A stretch of 14,910 bases of DNA from Octopus sinensis (taxonomy: Eukaryota): contig NW_021825635.1 of NCBI RefSeq assembly GCF_006345805.1, forward strand, positions 1-14,910, given 5' to 3'. Below are positions 1 through 8,079 of this stretch, in pieces. The notes beneath the pieces are model-generated. The model saw nothing but the letters and a program-made list of their open reading frames with translations, did no database searches and was not told the origin of the DNA. The translations under genes were made by a program, and so were the position numbers. Position 1 is the stretch's first letter. Each line of letters starts with the position of its first letter.

Positions 1-225
1 ATGATGGTGATGATGATGGTGATGATGATGTGATGGTGATGTGATGATGATGGTTGTGGTGACAGCGACAATGACAACGATGACAACGATGACGATAATG
101 ATGATGATAATAGCGATAATGATGATGGTGGTGGTGGTGGTGGTAGTAGTGGTAGTAGTGGTGATGGTGGTGGTAGTAGTGGTGGTGGTGGTGGTAGTGG
201 TGGTGATGATGATAATGATGATGAT

Positions 226-256
<31 letters not shown>

Positions 257-520
257 GTGGTAGTAATGGTGGTAGTAGTGATCGTGGTAGTGGTAATGAT
301 GACGACGATGGTGGTGGTGGCAGCGGCGGCGGCGATGATGATGACGACGATGATGATGATGATGATGATAATGGTGGTGATGATGATGATGATGATAGTG
401 GCGGTGGTGGTGATGATGATGATGGTGGTAGTGGTAAAAGTGGTGGTGGTGATGATGATGATGATGACGACAATACTGACAATGCTGATGACGGAGCTAA
501 TGGTGGTGGTGGTGGTGGTG
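1..520 (+). repeat. Imperfect (ATG/GTG/GTA)n trinucleotide microsatellite mosaic
   Basis: Continuous atgatg, gtggtg and gtagtg runs to about 520. This explains the poly-M/V start of ORF 41..1330. Confidence 0.95.
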
Positions 521-564
521 GAGATGTCTCCAAGCCGGATGTCGTCTGCAGCTATGCTTCAGGG

Positions 565-629
565 CCAATCAACCAACCAATCAGAGCCGACTGAGATGTG
601 TGACAGGAAGTCATGTGACGTCACGTCAA
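565..629. promoter_or_regulatory. Candidate promoter/enhancer: 2x CCAAT, ETS-type CAGGAAGT, GTCATGTGAC, CRE TGACGTCA
   Basis: CCAAT at 565-569 and 577-581; CAGGAAGT 604-611; near-palindromic GTCATGTGAC (M-box/E-box-like) 610-619; perfect CRE palindrome TGACGTCA 616-623; TGACGTGA on the minus strand at 621-628. Motif matches only, no functional data. Confidence 0.35.
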
Positions 630-869
630 CCAAGGGACGTCTTGGGGACCATCGAAATGTCATCTTAAACACACACAATTCTCTGTGTACACAGCAACAC
701 TCCCTGCTGCTGTTGTTGCTGCTTAAATCCCCAGCCGGTCCTCATGTGGCGGACCCATTGATTAAAGGAATATCCACTGATATCATTCTTCCGGGTTTTG
801 CTTTTGTTTTCTCTTTTCTTTTCATTCAGGCATCGTGCATTCAGGATCCTGGCAATCACCACCGGCAAC

Positions 870-994
870 ACCACCGTCATCATCATCACATCATCATCAT
901 CATCATCATCACCATCATCATCAATATCAGCAGCAGCTGCTGCATTGTCATCGTCGTAGTCATCATCATCATCATCACCATCATCCTCATCATC

Positions 995-1026
<32 letters not shown>

Positions 1027-1230
1027 CTTCATCGTCATCATCATCACCATCATCCTCATCACCATCATCACCATCATCATCATCACTATCAGCAGCAGCT
1101 GCTGCATTGTCATCGTCGTCGTCGTCATCATCATCATCATCTTCATCACCATCACCACCACCACCAACACCACCAGTAGCTGCATCATCATCATCATTGC
1201 CATCATCATCAGCATCCTTATCATCATGAT
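870..1230 (+). repeat. Imperfect (CAT/CAC)n array containing a 162-bp tandem duplication
   Basis: catcat runs. The marker tatcagcagcagctgctgcattgtcatcgtcgt occurs at both 925 and 1087. Confidence 0.95.
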
Positions 1231-1242
1231 TGTTATAGTGTT

Positions 1243-1250
1243 GATGATGG

Positions 1251-1308
<58 letters not shown>

Positions 1309-1440
1309 GGTGGTGATGATGATGATATAGGATGATTATTGCGATGAAGATGATGGTGTTGATGTTGATGATGATGATGGTGATGCTGACAATGATGATG
1401 ATGATGATGATAATGGTGATGATGATGATGATTGATGATG
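1243..1440 (+). repeat. (ATG/GTG)n microsatellite
   Basis: gatgatgat and gtggtg runs, complementary to the adjacent CAT array. Confidence 0.95.
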
Positions 1441-1442
1441 TT

Positions 1443-1490
1443 GCCCATGTCAGCTTGGAAAACGGATGTTAAATGATGATGATGATGATG
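1443..1490 (+). mobile_element. 3' tail fragment of the (ATG)n-tailed retroposon (family E here)
   Basis: cccatgtcagcttggaaaacggatgttaaatgatgatg matches the 3' end at 3885-3950 (cccatgccagcatgcaaagtggatgtgaaacaatgatgatg). Confidence 0.7.
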
Positions 1491-1618
1491 AAAAGGGGAC
1501 AAATCTTAGATAAGCCAAGGATACATCCTACCACATCTTTCACATGAAACAGTGGTGGCTCAGTCATGATTCCTTGCTGATTATCTTGTGGTAAGGGTTT
1601 CAAATCACAACATCAGGT

Positions 1619-1664
1619 TGATGCCCCAGCATGGCCACAGTCCAACGACTGAAATGAAAATAAA
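1619..1664 (+). mobile_element. Degraded 3' end of SINE family A
   Basis: gccccagcatggccacagtccaacgactgaaa resembles gctccagcatggccgcagtcaaaatgactgaaa at about 14484-14515. Confidence 0.5.
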
Positions 1665-1732
1665 TTTGAAACAACATTATTACAATTCCATGTTTTCTAC
1701 AAATCCATTCCCTCCCTTTGTTTATATATATT

Positions 1733-2329
1733 CTAGCAGTATCGCCTGGTGTTGCTTGGGTTTGTTTCGACCCTTTAGAATTGGAATTTTTGAAAAGTAA
1801 AAATTCTGCATTATGTAGCTTGTTATTCTCTTTAAGTGAACATTTTTCTGGTTGAAATACACCGGAAAATAGTGACACAGCAGTCAAAAAATCGTAAAAA
1901 ATAGGGATTTTCATAGAAAAAAAAGCACCTTTTATGATGTAAATAATTTTTGGTGTTAATATGGTTCGATTTGAATTTTTTCTTCTACGGAAGAAAGAGC
2001 AAGCCTTCTTCTATCAGACTCTCAATTTTGGTCAACTTGTGCTGCAGGGTCTCGGAGGAGATAGTGTTAGTTGAAGGCTACCAAACCTGCCATACACAGA
2101 CAACTTCAGCTTTATATAGAAAAAAAGCAGCCTTTTGATGTAAATAATTTTTGGTGTTAACATGGTCCGATTTGAATTTTTTCTTCTACTGAATGAAGAG
2201 CAAGCCTTCTTCTATCATACTCTCAATTTTAGTCAACTTGTGCCACAGGGTCTCGAAGGAGATAGTGCTAGTTGAAGGCTACCAAACCTGCCACACACAG
2301 ACAACTTCAGCTTTATATACATAGAGAGA
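1733..2329 (-). mobile_element. Probable non-autonomous Helitron with a duplicated ~201-bp 5' segment
   Basis: The minus strand starts A^TCTCTCTATGTATATAAAG at 2329 and ends ...GCGATACTGCTAG at 1733. 5'-TC and 3'-CTRR ends with no TIR or TSD are established Helitron hallmarks. A degenerate GC-rich subterminal segment is present, and the element lies next to a TA run. Direct repeat at 1936 and 2137. Confidence 0.6.
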
Positions 2330-2551
2330 TTTCATTATCCTAATGAGGCCCTGTAAACAACGGGGGTCATTCTAAATAATACAAAATTTCTTCTCAGTTT
2401 CATTAATAATTACAAAGGTATCTGGCACTGATCTGCAGACAAAGAGCTTGGTCGGTGGCCAACACCTTGCAGGCAAAAATCATTGTATTTCTGCATAAAT
2501 ATTTTATTTCATACACTGTGTTTATATTATTTACAGAATAGCTAGTGTTAC

Positions 2552-2608
2552 CGTGTCTGTGTGTATGTTTGAGTGTGTGTGTGTGTGCATGTGTATGTGT
2601 TTATACAT

Positions 2609-2642
<34 letters not shown>

Positions 2643-2680
2643 TATATATGTATGTATGTATGTATATATGTATATATATG

Positions 2681-2735
<55 letters not shown>
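2552..2735. repeat. TG/CA/TA dinucleotide microsatellite
   Basis: Direct reading; source of the CV/YI ORFs. Confidence 0.95.
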
Positions 2736-2937
2736 GTAATCCAACAAGAAAACACAAAAAAACAAAAAACAAACGCGAGGACGTGGAACAAATAAAGTAT
2801 TATGGACGCTGAGGAAAGAAGGAAGAAGGAGGGTTTAACATTTCGAGCGGAGCTCTTCGTCGGAAACATAGGAGAAGGAAAGATCCAGAGAAGGGAAGAC
2901 AGAGAAAAAAATCGCCAACGGTACACACGAGGTCACA
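2736..2937 (-). mobile_element. Penelope-like retroelement terminal fragment, copy 1
   Basis: Reverse complement of 6085-6217 over about 130 bp. Pyrimidine-rich on the sense strand, carries a hammerhead-type motif and is flanked by TA microsatellites. The Penelope assignment is inferred from the motif architecture. Confidence 0.55.
2833..2867 (-). ncRNA. Minimal type I hammerhead-ribozyme-like motif (variant core)
   Basis: Minus strand: GUUU-CCGACGA-A-GAGC(UCC)GCUC-GAAA-UG-UU-AAAC. Stem I GUUU/AAAC, stem II GAGC/GCUC, U4 replaced by C. Confidence 0.4.
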
Positions 2938-2995
2938 TAATATATCTATATATATATATATGAATATACTAATAACAATATTAGGGAGTAAATCC

Positions 2996-3030
<35 letters not shown>

Positions 3031-3197
3031 CTGAGTGAGTTGGAGGTTGAGTAACCAACTAAGGGATAGTACGTATCCATTATACTGCTGGTAGTGTACC
3101 CAGTTATTAATACCCAAGTGCTGGTTATTGCGGGGCAATCTTGTAATTGAGTGTCATATATGGGTGGGGGTAAAATTGGTTTAGCCTTAATTTATAA

Positions 3198-3765
3198 GTG
3201 GCACATAAAAAGCACCATTTGAGCATGGTCAATGCTAGTGTCACCTGAGTGGCACCCATGCCGGTGGCACGTAAAAAGCACCATTTGAGCATGGTCAATG
3301 CTAGTGCCAACTGAGTGGCACGTAAAAAGCACCCTTTGAGCATGGTCAATGCTAGTGCCAACTGAGTGGCTCTCATGCTGGTGGCACATAAAAAGCACCA
3401 TTTGAGCATGGTCAATGCTAGTGTCACCTGAGTGGCACGTAAAAAGCACCATATGAGCATGGTAAATGCTAGTGCCAACTGAGTGGCACCCATGCCGGTG
3501 GCATGTAAAAAGAACCATTTGAGCATGGTCAATGCTAGTGTCACCTGAGTGGCACGAAAAAAGCACCATATGAGCATGGTCAATGCTAGTGCCAACTGAG
3601 TGGCACCCATGCTGGTGGCACGTAAAAAGCACCATATGAGCATGGTCAATGCTAGTGCCAACTGAGTGGCACCCATGCCGGTGGCACATAAAAAGCACCA
3701 TTTGAGCATGGTCAATGCTAGTGCCACCTGAGTGGCTCCTATGCTGGTGGCACATAAAAAGCACC
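3198..3765 (+). repeat. Modular minisatellite of 51-bp (X) and 15-bp (Y) units
   Basis: Nine full X units starting at 3198, 3264, 3315, 3381, 3432, 3498, 3549, 3615 and 3681; six Y units at 3249, 3366, 3483, 3600, 3666 and 3732; partial X at 3747. Confidence 0.95.
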
Positions 3766-3950
3766 GACTACACTCTCAGAATTGTTGGCATTTAGGAAGA
3801 GCATCCAGCTGTAGAAACCTTGCCAGATCAGATTGGAGCCTAGTGCAGCCTCTTGGCTTGCCAGTCTCCAATCAAACCACCCTAACCCATGCCAGCATGC
3901 AAAGTGGATGTGAAACAATGATGATGATCATGATGATTGTGATGATGATG
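3747..3950 (+). mobile_element. (ATG)n-tailed retroposon, family E (3' end resembles RTE-type LINE/SINE tails)
   Basis: gtggcacataaaaagcacc...taggaagagcatccagctgtagaaacc...aacccatgccagcatg...atgatgatg. A related inverted copy lies at 5371-5750. Confidence 0.75.
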
Positions 3951-4239
3951 CTGTAATCACGAATCTCATGTTATGACATCTGATAAACAGACTTCTACTA
4001 ACAATATAGATGCGTGCCATATTACAGTCCGTCCCTTCTCAATAATTTCAACTTTCCTTCTTTCTCCCTAATTATGGAGAATTACGAGGAAAAGAAAAAA
4101 ACGAAATTTGGTTTGAATTTTTCAAATGTATCTTTATGCGAAAATATTTCCTTCCTTCCTTCCTTCTTTCTTTCTTTCTTTTCTGTTTTTCCTATATTTC
4201 CTTTTTGCTTTCTTTCTCTCTTTCCTGTTCCCTAACAAG

Positions 4240-4326
4240 CACACACACACACACACACGCACATAATACATACACACATACATATATATACATATATATA
4301 TATATGTTTACATATATATGTGTGTG

Positions 4327-4358
<32 letters not shown>

Positions 4359-4434
4359 ACACACATATACACATATATACACTTATATACATACATATAT
4401 ATATATGTACATATTAAATATATATATATATGTG

Positions 4435-4480
<46 letters not shown>

Positions 4481-4617
4481 CACATACATACATATATATA
4501 TGTATATATATATATATAACACACATATACATACATATATTATATGTATATATATATATACACACACACATACATATAGATACACACACACACACACATA
4601 TATATATATTTATATAT

Positions 4618-4656
<39 letters not shown>

Positions 4657-4692
4657 TATGCCCATGCATATATATGTATATTTGTATATACA
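4240..4692. repeat. CA/TA microsatellite block
   Basis: Direct reading. Confidence 0.95.
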
Positions 4693-4950
4693 CGCGATAT
4701 AACCACTTGCCAATTTACTTTCTGATTGCAGGATTCAAAAATAACAAAATACATTCCCGGGAAACAAAAAACAGACACAAAAAAAAGGGAAAAAAGCAAA
4801 ATTTTTAAAACAGATTTTCTTCCGTATTCCACCTAATTAACACTGTCGCTCGTTATATATTCCCAGTGTAACGAACTCATCGGTAAATTCGAACATCAGA
4901 GAAATATATAATCTGCAGAAAATGGAAAGATCCAAATGGCCTCCAAGTTA

Positions 4951-5348
4951 TTCTTTTAGTCTTTTACTTGTTTCAGTCATTTGACTGTGGCCATGCTGGA
5001 GCACCGCCTTTAGTCAAGCAAATCGACCCCGGGACTTATTCTTTTGTAAGCCTAGTACTTATTCTGTCGGTTCCCTTTTGCCGAACCGCTAAGTTACGGG
5101 GACATAAACACACTAGCATCGGTTGTCAAGCAATGCTAGGGGAAAAAACACAGACACACAAACACACACACGCATATATATACATATATACGACGGGCTG
5201 CTTTCAGTTTCCGTCTACCAAATCCACTCACAAGGCTTTGGTCGGCCCGAGGCTATAGCAGAAGACACTTGCCCAAGGTGCCACGCAGTGGGACTGAACC
5301 CGGAACCATGTGGTTGGGAAGCAAGCTTCTTACCACACAGCCACACCT
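4951..5348 (-). mobile_element. tRNA-headed SINE, family A, full length
   Basis: The minus-strand head has an A box (TGGCTGTGTGG) and a B box (GGTTCAGTCCC), followed by ccttgggcaagtgtcttc, an internal TA/TG microsatellite and a 3' tail aagtaaaagactaaaaga. Homologous to the copies at 7696, 7877, 8478, 11185 and 14107. Confidence 0.9.
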
Positions 5349-5370
5349 GTACCTATGCATGTGTATATAT

Positions 5371-5379
5371 CATCATCAC

Positions 5380-5417
<38 letters not shown>

Positions 5418-5418
5418 A

Positions 5419-5454
<36 letters not shown>

Positions 5455-5750
5455 TTCATGTCCGTTTTCCGTGCTGGCATAGGTCAGACAGTTCAACAGG
5501 TGATAGCCAGGCCAAGAGAAGCGCCAGTCTTCATTTATCTGTTTCAGCATCGTTCCAGTCACTGGATGCCCTTCCTAATGCCAACCGCTTTACAGAGTGT
5601 ACTGGGTGCTTTTTATGGAGCACTGACACAGGTGCTCTCAAAGTGGACCCTGCACAGGTGTTTTTTATATGGGGTGCTTTGTATGTGACATCAGTATGGG
5701 AGCTTTTTATGTGGCACTGACAGAGGTGCCTTTTATGTGGCACCAGTACC
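5371..5750 (-). mobile_element. (ATG)n-tailed retroposon, family E variant
   Basis: (CAT)n at 5371-5454, then tccgttttccgtgctggcat and ggatgcccttcctaatgccaacc...gggtgctttttat. These are reverse complements of motifs in 3747-3950, with degenerate gtggcac-type repeats toward 5750. Confidence 0.75.
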
Positions 5751-5778
5751 AGTGGGGTAGCTTGTAAGGCCTCCACAG

Positions 5779-5931
5779 GTGGCTGCTCGGGTACTGGAAG
5801 AAAGGAACCTCTATCACATAATGGACTCCTTTTCAAAGGAAGAGTATAGATCATGTGTAAAGGACCCCAACTTGCGCCTGATGGAATGTCTGCAGGAGGC
5901 AAGAAAATTTATTAAAGACACATTGATGTAA
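5779..5931 (+). CDS. Possible isolated coding exon or relic, product unknown (VAARVLEERNLYHIMDSFSKEEYRSCVKDPNLRLMECLQEARKFIKDTLM*)
   Basis: Non-repetitive, 50 stop-free codons with protein-like composition after CCACAG|G at 5778. The polypyrimidine tract is weak and no homology was recognised. Confidence 0.2.
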   Translation: MAARVLEERNLYHIMDSFSKEEYRSCVKDPNLRLMECLQEARKFIKDTLM

Positions 5932-6084
5932 TTGGTTTTGATTGTAATGGAGATTTTAGTCCATAAATGTGTTAAAAATTGTTAAAGGTTTAAAACCTCA
6001 TTTAGTATTTTTAGAAAACAATGTTTTAGAGAAGCAAAAGTCGGTGGGCGCTTTTCGTCTTCTCCCATCCTTCTATCATTATCA

Positions 6085-6217
6085 TTTTTTTTTTCTTTCC
6101 TCCGTCTTCCCTTCTCTGGATCTTTCCTTCTCCTATGTTTCCGACGAGGAGCTCTGCTCGAAACGTTGAACCCTCCTTCTTTCCTCCTTTCCTGAGCATC
6201 CAATAATACTATATTTG
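6085..6217 (+). mobile_element. Penelope-like retroelement terminal fragment, copy 2
   Basis: gtcttcccttctctggatctttccttctcctatgtttccgacga...cctgagcatccaataatactatatttg is an inverted homolog of 2736-2937. Confidence 0.55.
6137..6171 (+). ncRNA. Minimal type I hammerhead-ribozyme-like motif (variant core)
   Basis: GUUU-CCGACGA-G-GAGC(UCU)GCUC-GAAA-CG-UU-GAAC, with palindromic ACGU in place of stem III. Predicted cleavage after 6167. Confidence 0.45.
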
Positions 6218-6759
6218 GGGTAGAAAGGGCTCCTTAACCGTAGTGAAGGCAATCTACCTAGGGAGATAACCTTACAATAAATCACTGGGTCCGTAGCTTA
6301 GAAATACTGGCTTGACGTCCAGCGGGAACAACTTTGTTTCATGGAGGAGGAAAGATCTTCTTTAGTACTTGGTTGTACAATGCTTTCCAATGTGTGTAGT
6401 AGTGGCGCGCGCACACATTATTAGCCATTTGAAAAGACTATGGAGTCTCGACCACGGTCGAACAATGATGAATGATGATGATTATCATTCACCTCATTAA
6501 TGTCCGTGTCCAGCCCGCAAGCTACATTACTCTATGTTCTGCCTTTATGGCAGATTCGATAAAATAAAGTCGCTTGTAAGACAAAGACCACTCAGCTGAG
6601 AGGGGGTGGGGAATAGAACTGAGGCAAGTGGCTGTGAGCCAGGCAAAAGGTGAGAGCATGATCGGGGGACAAAGAGATAGTTGTCTTACAATAGGGGGGA
6701 TTGTCATGGATTGCTAACTGCTGTGAAGAACTTGCTGACCAAATCCCTGCTAATTATTG

Positions 6760-7173
6760 GAGCAGACTTGGCCTGAGTCTGAAGTGGGTTCTAGGGACAT
6801 GCTTTAACAAAAGCTAAGGGGTCCTTCGGAGCAGACTTGGCCTGAGTCTGAAGTGGGTTCTAGGGACATGCTTTAACAAAAGCTAAGGGATCCTTCAGAG
6901 CAGACTTGGCCTGAGTCTGAAGTGGGTTCTAGGGACATGCTTTAACAAAAGCTAAGGGGTCCTTCGGAGCAGACTTGGCCTGAGTCTGAAGTGGGTTCTA
7001 GGGACATGCTTTAACAAAAGCTAAGGGGTCCTTCAGAGCAGACTTGGCCTGAGTCTGAAGTGGGTTCTAGGGACATGCTTTAACAAAAGCTAAGGGGTCC
7101 TTCGGAGCAGACTTGGCCTGAGTCTGAAGTGGGTTCTAGGGACATGCTTTAACAAAAGCTAAGGGGTCCTTCA
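6760..7173. repeat. Tandem array, 6 x 69 bp
   Basis: Units start at 6760, 6829, 6898, 6967, 7036 and 7105 and are nearly identical. Stop codons occur in all six frames and there are no spacers. Confidence 0.97.
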
Positions 7174-7592
7174 TTCTCAGTGATCATCCAACATGCTGGA
7201 CACCAACCCAGGACTTCTAAGGGCCCACACTATTTTGCAATCATGGATACAATGCCCTAACCACTAAGCCATTGGCCATCCCCATGATTCCATGAAGTTA
7301 ACATAACTCATTAATTTCTTCCATTTTCTTTTAATTTTGGCCATTTTCCAGATTTTCCAAGGACATTTGATTTCCCAAAACCATATTCCTTATATCACAC
7401 ACAAATTATCTACATTCCTGATTGTCCACTTCTTCTAAAAGACTCCACTCAATTCCTCTTTGGTTCAACACAAAATCTGGATTATTTTCTTCTTTTCATC
7501 GAATTCTTGGAATTCTTCTCTCTCATCCAAACTTGGAAACTTTCCATCTTTTTCCTCTTAGTGTTTTTATGTAAATTCTTCAATAAACTTGT

Positions 7593-7594
<2 letters not shown>

Positions 7595-7665
<71 letters not shown>
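7595..7665. repeat. (TG)n microsatellite
   Basis: Direct reading. Confidence 0.97.
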
Positions 7666-7667
<2 letters not shown>

Positions 7668-7695
7668 TTATGCATTTCTGTATATATATATTCAC

Positions 7696-7852
7696 AGGCG
7701 TGGCTGTGTGGCAAGAAGTTCGCTTACCAGCCACATGGTTCCAGGTTCAGTCCCACTACGTGACACCTTGGGCAAGTGCCTTCTACTATAGCCTCAGGCC
7801 AAAGAAAGCCTTGTAAGAGGATATAGCAGATGGAAACTGAAAGAAGCCCATC
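7696..7852 (+). mobile_element. SINE family A, 5' half
   Basis: aggcgtggctgtgtggcaagaagttcgc...ggttcagtcccact...gaaactgaaagaagccc; ends at the internal microsatellite. Confidence 0.9.
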
Positions 7853-7876
7853 ACACATATATTTATGTATGCACGC

Positions 7877-8079
7877 AGGAGTGGCTGTGTGGTAAGTAGC
7901 TTGCTAACCGACCACATGGTTCCGGGTTCAGTCCCACTGCATGGCATCTTGGGCAAGCGTCTTCTGCTATAGCCCCGGGCCGACCAATACCTTGTGAGTG
8001 GATTTGGTAGACGGAAACTGAAAGAAGCCTGTCGTATATATATATATATGTGTATGTGTGTGTGTTTGTGTGTGTGTTT
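7877..8079 (+). mobile_element. SINE family A, 5' half plus microsatellite
   Basis: aggagtggctgtgtggtaagtagc...gaaactgaaagaagcctgtcg, then TA/TG repeats; the 3' half is absent. Confidence 0.9.

Noticed and set aside
835-1179. Poly-His/Gln ORF suggesting a transcription-factor low-complexity domain
   Set aside because: It is simply (CAT)n read in another frame, with a GTG start and no folded domain.
41-1330. 429-aa ORF as a real gene
   Set aside because: About three quarters is poly-M/V/I from ATG/GTG/ATC repeats that lack stops in this frame. The ~110-codon unique middle resembles no protein I know and overlaps regulatory-type motifs and a pyrimidine tract.
3125-3764. 200-aa and 190-aa repeat-protein ORFs
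   Set aside because: Explained by 51- and 15-bp modules (multiples of 3) inside a retroposon; both frames stay open for structural reasons.
6574-6691. Solo LTR (TG...CA ends)
   Set aside because: Only about 116 bp, the flanks (tcgct / atagg) give no target-site duplication, and there is no PBS or PPT.
6760-7173. CRISPR array
   Set aside because: The units are contiguous and identical with no unique spacers, there are no cas genes, and the context is eukaryotic.
7225-7275. Additional SINE on the minus strand
   Set aside because: Only an 18-nt A-box match (atggcttagtggttaggg) is clear; the rest is too decayed to annotate.
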